NCBI GenBank assembly: GCA_025594325.1
Contig: JANHCV010000005.1
Location: forward strand, 186,001-250,000
Length of the DNA: 64,000 nucleotides
Origin: Blastocladiella emersonii ATCC 22665
Lineage: Eukaryota; Fungi; Blastocladiomycota
Reading direction: 5' to 3'
The translations under genes were made by a program, and so were the position numbers. The notes under the pieces are model-generated. The model did no database searches and was not told where the DNA came from. It worked only from the letters and a program-made list of their open reading frames with translations. The first letter of the stretch is position 1, and every line of letters starts with the position of its first letter. This document shows positions 1-12,341 of this stretch, piece by piece.

Positions 1-76
1 TTCGCGAGGTATACACCGTGCTCGCGGCACCCTCGCCCTCCATCATCTCACTCCAACGCACCGCGCTAGCTAGACC

Positions 77-3000
77 ATGCCCACGCTCGCGCACCCGCTC
101 GACGACGCGGTGCGCAAGGTGGCGGTGCCGAGCCCGCTGCTCAGCCTGCTCGCCGACTGCGTCGTGGCCGCGCGCCAGTGGAAGATCGCCTACGCCGCGC
201 ACGAGCCCAACGTGCTCGCCGCAGAGTACGCCCTGACCCAGGCCGCCGTCGCCCTCGCCGCCCTCGTCGACCTGCACCACGCCGCCGCCCGCCGCGCCGC
301 CCACCGCGACTCGGTCGGCTCCATCTACCAGGTCCCCGTCGGCCCGAGCCCCGTCACGTCTACGCTCGGCCCGCCCGCCCTGCTGTCCGCCGACCGCGCC
401 GCGCAGGCCGCCGACCTGCTCGAGGCGTTCCGCGCCGCCGTCGCCAAGGTCTCGAGCAATGGCACCGCGTCCTCCTCGAGCAACGAGCCCGCGATCCTCG
501 GCACCTCGGCCCGCATGGCCGCCAGCGTCGTCGACATGGCCGCGCACCTCGCCGATCTGCTGGTCGCGCTCGCCGACGGCGTGCAGCTCGACTTCTTCGC
601 GCCGGTCCCGCCCGCCGTCGACCCGGCGCCCGCGGGCTCGCGCCAGCACCCGACCGTGTGGCCGCTGCTCGACACGATCGGCCCCGCCGCCATGACCGCC
701 AACGACTGGCCGTCGCTGCTCGCCGCCCTCAAGGCCGCGACCGCCCGCATCAAGGTCGCCAACCCGGCGCTGCTCAACTACCTGACCTTCTTCGCCGCCA
801 ACCCGCTGCCGCCGTCACGCGCCATCCCCGTCGACTTCCAGGGGCTCCCCGACTTCTTGCAGCTCCCGCACCAGCACGCCGCCGTCATCGACTTTTGGTG
901 GAACCACAACCGGTTCCCGCCGCTGCAGCCGTTCCCCGCCGTCGCCGCCGCGCTCGCCGAGTACCTCCGCCCCGACCCGCTCGCGCGCGAGCTGTGGAAC
1001 AAGTTCCGCCAGTGCGCGCTCGACGGCAGCAGCGGTGCCGCGAACGGGGGGACCGGCGGGGGGCTCGTGTGGCTCGCCGACGACCTCGGGTCGCCGCGCA
1101 TGGACCCGGGCCAGCAGCTGACGCCGGCCGACCTCGCGCAGATCCTGCCGGCGGACGCGAGCTACGACACGTCGATCGGCGATTGGCTCGTGTGGCGGCT
1201 GCTCGGGTGGCTGTACCTGGCGCTCGAGACCGAGAACCAGCTGTACGCGATGCGCAAGCAGCTACCGCTCACCGAGCACGCGCGGCCCGTCGCCCTCATC
1301 CAGGCCGCCATGAACCAGCTGCGCGCGCGGTACGGGTACACGCGCGACGTGCACGCGCGGCTCGCCATGCTCGCCCTCAAGCTGCTGCACCGGCCCTACC
1401 CGCTCTTCGCGCCGCGGTTCCACCAGGTCACCCACTTCCTCAACTCGCTGCACGCCCAGGTCGCCGACCTCCTCGCCCGCCCGTACCTCGACGCCGACGC
1501 GTCGGCCTGGCGCCGCGTCTACGACTCGGTCACCAAGGCCGTCCGCGGGTGGGGCGCCGCCCACGCCATCGCGGTCCCGCCCGAGGCCGCGCGCGCCGCG
1601 ACCGAGGGGTCCGCGCACCTCCCGACGGACCTCGGCCCGATGCTCGCGCGCGTCGCCGACCACGCGCGCGGGCTCGCCGGCCGCTTCTTCATCAACCCGG
1701 TCTCGCTCACCAAGGACCCGGCGACCGCGCCCGACGCGCTAAGGTGGATGGGGATCCCCGTGTCCACGACGCCCATCGCGCCCGCGACCTCGCTCGTTCT
1801 CGCGCCCGCGCTGCTCGACGCGACCGCCCGCGCCATGGCCCTCGCCGCGCACGCGTGGGTCCACGTCATCTACGGCGTCACCATCGTGCACGGCCACTGG
1901 GCGGTTGTGACGGAAGCCGCGGCGCCCGTCGCAGACGACCACGACCGGTCGCAGCTCGACGTGCTGGCCGAATGGACCGACGCCGACCGGCTCGCGCTCG
2001 TGCGCGGGCTCGCGTCGGCCCTGTGGGTGCTCGCGAGCGCGGGGATCCACGTGCGGTGCTGGCCCAACGGCCGCCCGCTCAAGCTCGTGCGCGTCGGTGG
2101 CGTCGTGAAACTGCCGCTCGCGGATATTGTCGCGCACCTCGCGTCCCTCGACGAGGCCGCGGCGAGCGCGTGCGATATCCCGGGCATCGGCCTGTTCCTC
2201 GGCACCCTCGTCAAGAACGGCGGCGGGCCCGCGCTCACGGCGCTCGCCGACGACCTCGAGCGCGCGTCGCGCGACTGTAACCCCGCGCGACCTGACCACT
2301 TTTTCCTCGCGGCCACCCAGGCCATGGCGAATGCCGCCAACGCGGCGGGTGCGCCGGGCACGCTCAAGAAGCGACACTCGTCCGTGTCCTCGTCGGCGGC
2401 CCCGCAGAAGCAGCACCAGCACCTCGCGCAGAACCACGTTCGGCACGGGTCCGCCGCGACGATTGGGGGTGCCGCGTCGCCCAGCTGGTCGGGCGTCAAC
2501 GCGGCGGCGCCCGCGGCCATCGCCGACGGCCGCGCGCAGTCCCCCGGGTACGGCCTGTACCGCGCCAACACCATGAGCCCCGCCGGGATTTCGGGGAATG
2601 GGAACGCGTCCTCGCCGCACCTGCACCACCAGCAGCAGTCGTACTACCCGGGCCGGCCCGACTCGGCCAACCCGCTCGACCGCGCGGCGGCCGCCGATAC
2701 TGCAGCTGCCCTCGCGCGGCGCAACACGACGGGGTCGGCGGGGTCCGGCGGCAACGGTCCGTCGACGCCGCAGAAGCTCGCGGTGCACAGCCGCCAGGGG
2801 ACCGCCGGGTCCGAGCAGCTCACGGCGCTGATGCAGGCGCTCCCGCTCGACATGGGCGGGCACCGCGCACAACCCTCGTCGTCGTCCGGGCTCGCGGGCC
2901 GCGTCGCGACGCCGCCACTCCCGCCGCCACAACTCCCGCCGCCCGCAATGACGGCGCCGACGTCGACGTCGTCCTCGCTCGACCCGGCGCTCGTCGCGGA

Positions 3001-3796
3001 AACGTGGTCGCGCGCTTTGTCGTTCTACCGGCACGGGCAGGGCGACCTTTCCGCAGCGTTCGCCCTCTTCGCCGAGGTGGCCGACGCGATCCCGGCCGCG
3101 CTCTTCTACATGGGCGAGATCCTGTACTACGGGTCCAAGACGTCGGGTCTGCGGCAGGACACGGCGCAGGCGGCGGCATACTACGCGCGGGCGCGCGACC
3201 GCGGGTGCCGGATCGCGGCCGTCGGGCTCGGCGACTGCGCCGTGTTCGGGTTCGGCAGCAAGCGCAACCTCGCGCACGCGCGCGCGTACTACGAGGCCGC
3301 GCTCGAGCTCCCCGCGTCGAGCGACGCGGACCTCGCGACCGACCGCCCCGCGGCCCACCCGCTCGTCACGGCGCGCACGCGCGCGCGCGCATGGGCCGGG
3401 CTCGGCGACTGCTGTTTGGAAGCGGGCGACGCGGACCAGGCGCGCGTGTGCTACCAGCGCGCGGTGGCGCTGGACCCCGGCCCTGGCGGGCTGCCGCTGC
3501 CCGACATCGCGGGGGACACGGGCGAGTTCGAGACGGCGAGCGCGGCCGAGACCGAGGCGCTGGGCGGGCTCGGGCCCGGGTGCCGCAAGGCGCACGCGCG
3601 GCTGGCCGAGCTGTACACGCACGGGCAGGGCGGGCTGCCGCAGTCGCTCGACGCGGCGCGCGAGTTCCTCAAGCGCGCGCGCGGGTGCCGCCGCGAGGTG
3701 CTCGCCAAGTGCGCGTACCTGCGCGCGTGCGGCGAGCCGCGCCAGGCCGACGAGTACCAGGACGAGTACCTGTGGCGATACCCGCTGGATTTCTAG
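77..3796 (+). CDS. Helical N-terminus + TKL-like pseudokinase domain + C-terminal Sel1-like repeats (1239 aa, apparently intronless)
   Basis: The segment at ~1684-2330 (LRWMGIPVSTTPI...AHAWVHVIYGVTIVHGHWAVVTE...WTDADRLALVRGLASALWVLASAGIHVRCW...VKLPLADI) follows the TKL kinase layout but lacks the VAIK Lys, HRD and DFG. Sel1-like repeats lie at ~2995-3720 (ALFYMGEILYYG, AAVGLGDCAVFG, AHARLAELYTHGQGGLPQSLDAAREF). Confidence 0.7.
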   Translation: MPTLAHPLDDAVRKVAVPSPLLSLLADCVVAARQWKIAYAAHEPNVLAAEYALTQAAVALAALVDLHHAAARRAAHRDSVGSIYQVPVGPSPVTSTLGPPALLSADRAAQAADLLEAFRAAVAKVSSNGTASSSSNEPAILGTSARMAASVVDMAAHLADLLVALADGVQLDFFAPVPPAVDPAPAGSRQHPTVWPLLDTIGPAAMTANDWPSLLAALKAATARIKVANPALLNYLTFFAANPLPPSRAIPVDFQGLPDFLQLPHQHAAVIDFWWNHNRFPPLQPFPAVAAALAEYLRPDPLARELWNKFRQCALDGSSGAANGGTGGGLVWLADDLGSPRMDPGQQLTPADLAQILPADASYDTSIGDWLVWRLLGWLYLALETENQLYAMRKQLPLTEHARPVALIQAAMNQLRARYGYTRDVHARLAMLALKLLHRPYPLFAPRFHQVTHFLNSLHAQVADLLARPYLDADASAWRRVYDSVTKAVRGWGAAHAIAVPPEAARAATEGSAHLPTDLGPMLARVADHARGLAGRFFINPVSLTKDPATAPDALRWMGIPVSTTPIAPATSLVLAPALLDATARAMALAAHAWVHVIYGVTIVHGHWAVVTEAAAPVADDHDRSQLDVLAEWTDADRLALVRGLASALWVLASAGIHVRCWPNGRPLKLVRVGGVVKLPLADIVAHLASLDEAAASACDIPGIGLFLGTLVKNGGGPALTALADDLERASRDCNPARPDHFFLAATQAMANAANAAGAPGTLKKRHSSVSSSAAPQKQHQHLAQNHVRHGSAATIGGAASPSWSGVNAAAPAAIADGRAQSPGYGLYRANTMSPAGISGNGNASSPHLHHQQQSYYPGRPDSANPLDRAAAADTAAALARRNTTGSAGSGGNGPSTPQKLAVHSRQGTAGSEQLTALMQALPLDMGGHRAQPSSSSGLAGRVATPPLPPPQLPPPAMTAPTSTSSSLDPALVAETWSRALSFYRHGQGDLSAAFALFAEVADAIPAALFYMGEILYYGSKTSGLRQDTAQAAAYYARARDRGCRIAAVGLGDCAVFGFGSKRNLAHARAYYEAALELPASSDADLATDRPAAHPLVTARTRARAWAGLGDCCLEAGDADQARVCYQRAVALDPGPGGLPLPDIAGDTGEFETASAAETEALGGLGPGCRKAHARLAELYTHGQGGLPQSLDAAREFLKRARGCRREVLAKCAYLRACGEPRQADEYQDEYLWRYPLDF

Positions 3797-3863
3797 GGCG
3801 AGGGAAGAGAAGAGTGTATTTTGGAAAGCGGAATAGGATGATTGTATGAGAACGAGTCTATGT

Positions 3864-6800
3864 CTAGTAGTTTATGTACACTGTAGCGGTCCCCGCCGTC
3901 GCCACGGTCTCGGCCGCAGCCGGCAGCGCGACCGTCGTCGATATGCCCTCCTCCCCGCCCAACCTCACGAGCACCGTGGCCGACGTCTCCTTCTCGCTGC
4001 GGTCGCGGTCGCACGCGCGACACCCGCCGCCGGCACCTCCGCCGCCAGCCGCTGCCGCATTGATGGTCGCGACCCACCCGGCGGCGATCCCGCGGCACGG
4101 CGTCTGCACGAGGTACGTGTGGCCGGCGAGCTGCAGGAGGAAGCACCCCGGGTGCTGCGCGGCCAGGTCGCACGCGAGCGGGATCGCCGACACGCCCCGC
4201 GTGTACATGTCCCCGCGGCCGTCCTACACGCAGTCGGGAAAGGGTGAGTGGTGGGAGAGGAGGAGGGAGTGAAGGCGACGTACGCGTTCCTGCGCCGGCG
4301 TCTGCGTCATGACCATGGGCCGGTCGCCCAGCAGGACGAGCAGCCGTACCGCGCGCCACGACGCAAACAGCGACCCGGTGCGCTTCATGGCGTAGACGGG
4401 CGAGATGCGGAAGATCTATTTGCGATTCAGAGTGAGCACTGAGACCTGCAGAACCGAGCGAGCAATCGCACCATGTTGCCGACCTGAACCGTGTCGCCGT
4501 CCTCGACCGGCTGCACGGACCCGCCGCTGCTCGACGCGCTGCCCGTGGCGCCGAGCGTGTCGAGCGAGTGCGCATCGCTCTCCGCCGCCGCTGCGGCGTG
4601 TTTCCCGGCGCCCCACCTCGCCCACCGCCACTTCTTCTGCTGCTGGTGCCTCGCGTGGTGCTGCGCGTCCTTGACGCGGGCGAACGCGACCGTGACAACG
4701 GGGCGGACGACGAGCAGGACGACGATCGTGACGAGGGCGAGAAGCACGCCGCCGCCGCGGACCGCGGCCTGGACGAGCGGGTCGATGACGTCGTTGTCGA
4801 CAGCGGCGATGGGCACGACGAAGGCCGCGGTCAGCAGCACCGTGTACCCGGCGAGCGCGATGCTCTTGGACTCGTTGAACGCGGTCGCCGTCTTGCGGAT
4901 GCGGAACCCGAGCCAGCACGCGCCCGCGAGCTGCATCGCGTGGAACGCGTACAGGACCGCCGAGACCGCCGTCGCAAAACCCGGCGAGTCGGGCTGCGTG
5001 CGGCACCCGAGGACCACGGCGGTCGCGGACACGGGGAGGTACGTCGCGCGGGGCTGTGCGACGAGGGTCCACGCGAGGAGGAGCGCGGCGTTGGCGACGG
5101 CGAGGACCGAGAGCGCGGCGAACAGCGTCGCGTTCGAGACGCGCGTGCGCGACGTGATGCACCGCGCCGACGCCGCGAGGTGGAAGATGCGGTACGTCTT
5201 GACGACGAGCGACCCGAGGACGACCGTGGTCCCGAGCGAGAGCAGCCACGCACGCGCGGCGCACGTCCCGGCCGACGCGTCGAGCGTGTCGAGGAACACG
5301 GCCACGTCGACGAGCGCCGCTCCCAAAAGAATCTGGCGCATGAACGGCGGCGACTGCGCGCGGATCGCGGGCGCGTCGCCGTACCGTGCGAGGCCCGCGA
5401 GCGTGACGCCGAGCGCGGCGAGGACGAGCGCGCACAGGAACGAGACGACGGTCGCGGTGGCGCCCGCGGACCGTAGCGGGAGGACGAACCGGGCGTAGTC
5501 GGCGGGCGGGCTCGGGATCCACCGCGCCCATTTTTTCGTGGACGCGCGGATCCACGCGCACGCGGCCGCGTCGGCAGACACGTTGCCGACGTTGTAGTCG
5601 TGCTGCATGCGCGAGATGTCGACGTCCGTGAAGGAGAGGAACCGGAGGAACGTGTTGACCTGCGGCATCGCGGCGGGCAGCGTCGCGGCCCCGAGCTTCT
5701 GCAGCATCTCGACGGGCCAGTCGCACCCGTACCACGTGTCGGTGGTGCCCGCGAGCGACGCGTTGAACCGCTCGACGCACGTCGAGTTGTACCGCGGCAG
5801 CGCGAGGGGCTGGAACGGGTGCTCGTTCAGCAGCGACTCGGGCTCCCAGTAGAAGAACAGGCACGCGTACGCGGCCTGCTGCGCGCACTCCCTGAGCCGC
5901 TTGACGTGCTCGTCGCCGTTGTACACGACGACGAGCGGCAGGTTCAGCGTGGTGATGGACTGCTCGATCTGGCCGAGCCCGAACGACGGGCGCGCGTGCC
6001 AGAACTCGCGGCACTGCGTCGGGTCGGCGCGGCACTGCGGCGGAATGAAAATCCCGTCCGTGCAGAACCGGTACGTCTGCGAGTCGCACAGGTACCCGCC
6101 GCTGCCGTCGGGCGCGCGGGCCGTCGGCGTGGTGTTGTAGCGCGGCAGCAGGTCGAGCGTGTCGCGGCGCGTCAGGGACTGCCACGAGGCGAACGAGACC
6201 TGCGGGTTCGACTCGACGGCGCGGCTGTTGACATACCACCCGCTGTGCGCCGTGTACCCCGTCAGGCCCAGGTCGTCGACGGCGTTGCGCCGCACCACGT
6301 ACTGCTCGTACTGCGCCTGCTTGTTGCTCCCCCACACCTCCGGGTTAAAGTGCACCACGCCCGAGGCGAGCCGCTCGTGCACGTCCATGGTCGTCGACGC
6401 CTCGATCAGCGTCACGTTCACGCCCATGGCGTCCTGCAGCAGCATCCCCGCGACAATGGACGACAGGTTTGAACTATACGGGAGGTCGGTTAGACGATGT
6501 GGTATTGTAGGTTTGGACGAAGCCTACGTACGAGAGCCACTGGTCAACCTCGATCCGCACGTTCCACGGATCTCGCGGGACCCGGTCCTCCCGCATGTCG
6601 GCGGGCTGGATCCAGCCAAACGAGTGGACCTCGTCGGGTTTGAGACATGGTGGCACCTTGCGCGGGATGAGGGACTGTGCTGCGGAGAGCGAGATCATCC
6701 ACGACAGCAGCAGGAAATAGGCTGCGAGGGTCGCAAGGGTTCCTGCTGGATGTCGCCTCCTCGAGGCGAGTTGCGAATGTGGCGGTTCAGCGCTGACGGA

Positions 6801-6968
6801 CAGTTGACTTGGTGTCGTTGTAGGGCATGCGGGAGCGGCGACAGCGCGCCGCCGTGAACGGGAAGCGAGGTCCAGCCTCGGCGAACGGGTACGGTGCTCG
6901 CGGCACCGATCGACGGGTGCTGCTGGAGACCGCCAGCGCGGCTCTGATAGTGCAAGATGCGGTTCCAT
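3864..6968 (-). CDS. Class C (7tm_3) GPCR with glycine-betaine-binding (OpuAC/ProX)-like ectodomain and PH-like C-terminal tail
   Basis: The 7TM region has class C motifs IRAQSPPF, VKTYRIF and FNESKSI. The ectodomain reads DQWLSSNLSSIVAGMLLQDAMGVNV...FNPEVW...GYTAHSGWYV...LFFYWEPES. GT-AG introns at 6474-6531, 4416-4471 and 4224-4283 keep the frame. A signal-like stretch TLATLAAYFLLLSW is present. The start codon is uncertain (6968 or 6986). Confidence 0.8.
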
Positions 6969-7618
6969 TGGTTTGCATATAGTCATGGTGCGAGGTTCAT
7001 GCGAGCGAGGTCGCCGTTGAGCGAGGGCGGAGAGAGAGAACAGCGGGGGCGGTCGGAGGTGGCGGACCGCCGTGGCGCAACACGACGCACGCCTCGGAAG
7101 CAACGGGGTCCGGATCCGACAACGAGGCAGAGCGAGCGCGAAGGCGACGATCGTGCGGAGGTCTAACCAAAAGGAGCAGCGACGACTGAGCGAGGCCCGA
7201 TGCCGGCGGCCACAGCGGTCGGCCGGACCCCTCGCCAGGCGCCCAGTCCCCCGCCGATCCTCTCTCAGGCGACGCTCGCAGCCGTCAGCAGCGGTGGTTC
7301 TCGAGGCGGCGATCCGGTGGCGACGCGAAACGGCCACACCTCATGATCCGCTTGTGCGATTGCGAGTGATGCCGCCGCCGGCGAATCAAGTTGCGCCATG
7401 GCGCACGCTTAGCTGCGGGATCACAGCGGGGATCACGGCCGACCGAGGTCGCCCCTGCGTTCACGACACACTGCGGAGACAGAGATGAGTGAAGAAGCAC
7501 GATGTCGATTGAGCGACTGGGTATGGTTTGCGGGCGAGGGAGGGAGTAGAGAGAAAAAGGAGCTAGTGGGCTATGATACACGGTTCAAAAAGACGGATCA
7601 GGGGGGTCACGGTCACCG

Positions 7619-8933
7619 TCACGGCGACGCGGTGTGGTTCGACTGGTACGACGGCGGGCGCGACGAGTACGTGGACGCCGACGACGCAACCGAGGACCGG
7701 GACGCGGCGCGGGTCGGCGGCGACGGGCCCGCGGAGGCGAGCATCGACACGCGCGGGTGGTGCGGGTGGTGGATGGCGCGCGGGAGCGAGCTGGTCGGGG
7801 ACCCGCTATCTCGCAGGCTGCGCGGGAGCGAGCTCGGTGCCGACGAGGGTGGTGGCCCGGTATCGTCGTACCCGGGCGGGAGCGAGCGGAAGCTGTTGAG
7901 CGACCACCGCAGGACGGCGCGCGGGAGCTCGATCACGTCGGCGTCGGCGCGGAGCCCGTCGGCGGCCGTGAGGTCAATGTCGTACGATGGCAAAAAGTCG
8001 GTCATGTAGCCGAGGTTGTGCTGGACGGCGGGCGCAAAGGCGAACGGCTCCTGGCCAAAGTTGACGTTGAGGAGGACGCCGCGCGTGGCGCCGATGGATG
8101 GGTACAGGGCAATGTCGCTCGGGAACGGCGCGGCGGCGACCTCGAGGGCGCGCCCGTTCTTGGTGAAGAAGACGGACCCGTTGGTGTTGCTACGCGAGAG
8201 AGGTGGAGGAGGTCAGTACGACGCGTTGGCGGCGACCACGCAGTCGCGTCGAGGAAGACGTACAATCCGCAACCAATGATATCGCCGCCGGTAAACGCCT
8301 CGCCAAACGGCTCGCCCGAGGTACCCGAGCGGCCCTCGACAAACTTGCGCCCGTCGGAGCGGTACCCGACGCTCCACTGGGTCCATCCGGGGCCGAGCAT
8401 GTAGTTGGGGTAGCCGCGCGGGGCGAGGCCGATGGAGACCATGGATCCGCCGGGCTTGTTCATGACCGTGACCTCAAAGTAGAAGATGTTCTTGAGGTGC
8501 AGCGAGACGGGGACGGGGACCGAGGTCTGGCTGGTGCGCATGCGCGACAGGAACAGCATGGTGACGCCCTCGCGCACCAGCATGTTGGGCGACTCTTCGA
8601 TGGGCGGGTGGAACTGCCACGCGGCGGGGCCGTGTTCGCTGATCCTAGACGTGTGAAGGTGGTGAGCGCGCGAGTCTTGATCCGCAGAGGGCGGGAGCAG
8701 CCGTACATGAGGCGGAACTCGGCAGTCATGGCGGCGTCGTGCTCCTCGAGGACGAGGCCGAAGCGGCGCGCGTCGTCGGCGTCGTCCGTCTTGGAGGGGT
8801 CGGCGACGCGGAAAGCTCGCCGGCGGAAGAAGATGTAGAAGAAGAAGGCGGGCCCGACGAGCAGCACGACCACGGCCGACAGGATGATCAGGACCAGCGC
8901 CCATTGCGGCAGGCGGTTGTCGGGCTGGATCAT
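7619..8933 (-). CDS. SSH4: Single-pass membrane SPRY-domain protein, Ssh4/Ear1-like adaptor
   Basis: An N-terminal TM (WALVLIILSAVVVLLVGPAFFFYIFF) is followed by SPRY motifs YFEVTVM, VSIGLAPRGYP, SVGYRSDGRKF, GDIIGCG, VFFTKNG, LYPSIGA and VNFGQEPF. A PPGY motif lies in the tail. Two introns. Confidence 0.8.
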
Positions 8934-9789
8934 GGCGCGGGTGGGGGCCGGCAGCAGCAGGAGGAGGAGCGGGCAGGGACGAGTGGGAGCCAAGGCAGGT
9001 CGGGCTAGCGCTCAGATGGTCGATCGGGCGTGTGGCGCCGCGGTGCAGGGAGTTGCGGCGGGCGGCAGCGAGGAGCGTCGGGCTCGAGCGCAGCGACGAT
9101 GGGCGGCGGCGGGCGGCACGCGGATGGGCGAGGTGTGGCGGCGAGTGCGGACACGGGAGTCGGCAAGCGCAGGCGGCGGGCGTCGAGATCTGCGCTCACG
9201 CGCGATGGGGCATCGGGGGACGCAGGGAGCGGGCGAGCGTGTGCGCGCGGACGGGCAGCGCGAATTTGGTCGCTGGTCGCCGGGGATGGCCTCGGCACGA
9301 TGGGCGAGAGCAGTGGGGGTGCCGATGGAGAGAGGCGGCAGCGGGCGCGAGAGAGCGCAGTGGATCCACGCCGTGGGAGCAGCGGGGCGTGGGTGGGCGG
9401 AGGGCGAGGGCGCGGGGCGAGCGCACGGCCGGTCGAGCTCGCTGGCGGACGTTGGCGCTCCGCGTTGCAGCGACTCAGGAGGGTTGCGTGAGCGGCGGAT
9501 CGCCTTGCATTGCAGAAGATCCGTGAGGATGACGAGCGGGTTTGCTTGATGTCCGGTCCGCTGCCTGCCCGCGAACAAGGGCGCCGACGTCATGCTGCCT
9601 GGCCGAGAAAGCGCCTCGGCGCGTTTCGGAACCAGTGCCGCAACGTGACCTTGACGCGACCCGCGTCTCCGTGCGCTTCCGGCTCGAGGCCTCGTCCTGG
9701 CCTCCCTCGCTCTCGTTGCAAACCATGCATGCAATACGGGTTTGTTACAGTTGGGACAGGTGGTTGGAAGTCAATCGTCGTCGTCATCA

Positions 9790-11782
9790 TCACAGCTCGT
9801 CGTCATCGTGGGCGGGCGCCGTGCACGCCGCCTCCCAGTCGGCCACGGACCGCGCGCGCAGGTCGGCGCGGAACACGTCGAGCGGGCAGGACGCGTCGCC
9901 GAGCGAGCACGGAGCCGCGAGGTCCGCGTCCGTGCGGAACGGCTTGCCGTCGTGCAGCACGCGCACGCGCCGCTCGCCCGTCGACGGCACCGTCCACACC
10001 TCGACCGCGAGGTTGGACCGGTACGCCGGCCACACGTGGTGCTCGGGCGACGCCCGCAGCGCGCCCAGCATCCCCGACACGGTCCCGTCGTGCGTCAGGT
10101 ACACGAACAGCTTGGCCGGGTTGTTGCTGGCCTTGGCCGCGTCGCCGTCCTGGGCGTCCTTGGCGTCGAACGCCGCGTCCATCTCGCGCAGCAGCGGGCC
10201 CATCTCGAGACCGACAATCTCGGGCACCACCTTGTTGGGCACGTAGTTGTTGCGGTACCAGAAGTCAAACGACTTGAACAGCTCGATCTGGTCGACCGTG
10301 GCCTCGTCGAGGCACACCTGCTCCTCGTCCTCGCCGTTGTCGGTGGTGTGCGTGTGCAGCGACTTGAGCAGGCCGGCGAGCGCGCGGCGCGTGGTACGGT
10401 CGTCCTCGGCGTCCATCATGGCGCGGACGCGGCGGCGCACCGTGGCCGCGGGCACACACGGCTGCGGCTTGTCCCAGCACCGGCGGCACAAAATGTTCTC
10501 GGTCACGGACGGCACGCCCTTCTTGGACGGCGCCTCGACGACGGCCCGCTCGCGCGCCGTCTTGAGCGGCGCCACCGTCTCGACGGTTGCGCGCACCCGC
10601 AGGCTCGCCGCGAGGAACGCGTGCCACACGTCCGTCGTCTTGCCGGCGGCCTGGATCGACATGAGCCGCGGACACTGCTCGTCCAGCTTGTTCGAGTGCA
10701 GCGGATCCACGGCCACGGCCTGCGTGTGGATGTTCACGTAGTTGAGCGTGCCCTCGGCCATGCTCGTGCGCGGGAACAGGCCGTCGATGAGCGACTGCGC
10801 CGAGTGGATCGTGCGGCTATGATACACTCGTGAGCGTCAGTGGTCGTGGTTGCCCCGCTCGGCGTGCGCGCGCAGGAGCGTACCTGATGTCGGTCGACCG
10901 GACGTGCACCTCGGACGGGTCGAACGTTGGCGACAGGAGACCGAGCTCGTCCACTGCCACCGCCGCGCGAGGGTCAGTCCATCGGCGCCTCGTCACTCTC
11001 GCGACACACGCGATGGCGTACCGTACAGCTCGCGCAGCGACCGGCCAAAGTCGATCATCATGGCGCGTCCCTTGGCCGTGAGCTCGCCCTGGGCGCAGTT
11101 GCCGCCCCACGTCCGCGGCTGCCACGCCTGCCGCGTGTGGTCCGTGACGCGCTGCGTGAGAAGGGCGCCGCCCTTGCTCTTGCCGCCGCTCGCCCCGCCG
11201 GGCTGCGGGCCGGACCCGGCCGCGCGCGACGTGTCGTCAAGGAACGAGAACTCGGCGTTGGAGCACTCCCACGCGACGTTCCCGTTCACGTCGTCGCGCA
11301 GCACGTTCTCGGGCGACCGGTCGCCGTGCCGCGAGTACAGCTGCACCATGGCCAGGCGCATCGGCTCGCCCGTCGCCGCGTCGCGCGGCACCGCGTACTC
11401 GGCCGCGCTCGGCACCGACGCCTGGCAGTACGCGAGCGGCGACGTCGCGTTGCGCATGCGCGCCAGCACCGAAGCCACGACGGCTGCGCCGCGGCCGTGG
11501 TCGGAATCGGCTACACGGTGCGCGGTGATGAGTGCGCAGCGCGGCGGAGAGATGCACGCGCGCGGAGCGTACCCCGGTGAGAACTCGGTGGTATGCTCGA
11601 GAGCGACCAGGACCGCGAGTTGGACGTGAGCGGGACAAAGAGCGCGTCCGCGTGCGACGCGAGCAGGACCAGCGCGGCCAGCAGCGCGACCGAGGTGAGG
11701 AGTGGAGACTGGGGGGCGCTCGCGCGTCAGTGAGCATTCGGGTCCCGCCGAGCGACGCAGCGAGCGCGCAGCGCACCATCAT
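9790..11782 (-). CDS. Secreted/vacuolar histidine acid phosphatase (His_Phos_2)
   Basis: Catalytic RHGDRSP and LTHDGT motifs, GELTAKG and WPAYRSNLAVEVW. Signal peptide LLTSVALLAALVLLA. Several short introns; the start is approximate. Confidence 0.85.
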
Positions 11783-12341
11783 CGGCGAGTGTGCAACGGG
11801 GAGAGAGTGCGGGCGGTGCATGCGTGATGTGATGGGAACCGTGATGAAGTGGGTGGGAATCCGGTGGGGTTCCCGTCGGTTGCAGGCAGTGCAGATGCTG
11901 GTGGAGGTCTATGCGATGGTCTCCGGGGGGTATGGAGAGCAGATGGGGGTCGGTGCGACAGCAATGGTGCGGTTGGGCTTGGAGGAGAGAGGGGGGAGGG
12001 AGAGGGAGCGCAGAACGCGGACGGTGAGGCGCCGCCACCACCCACCCCTGCTTTCGAGTCCGGCCGTGTGCGTCGATGGAAGCAGCACGTTTTCTCGCCC
12101 TGTTGTGTGCGCAGCGTGTGTCTCCCGCCTGGAGCGCCTGGGGAAGCGCCTGCTCGAAGGGGAAGCTCGAACGCGTTGGTGTGGCGCAACACGTGTGGAG
12201 GCCCCAGACGACCCGTCAGCTGGGGTCACCCGACCTCGAATACGCGAAGCTCTCACCTGCCACGCTTCGCGTTTCACGCGCGCTCACCTCCCGACTTGCT
12301 CTCAAACAGCGTGCCACCACCACACGAAGCAAGTCAACACC

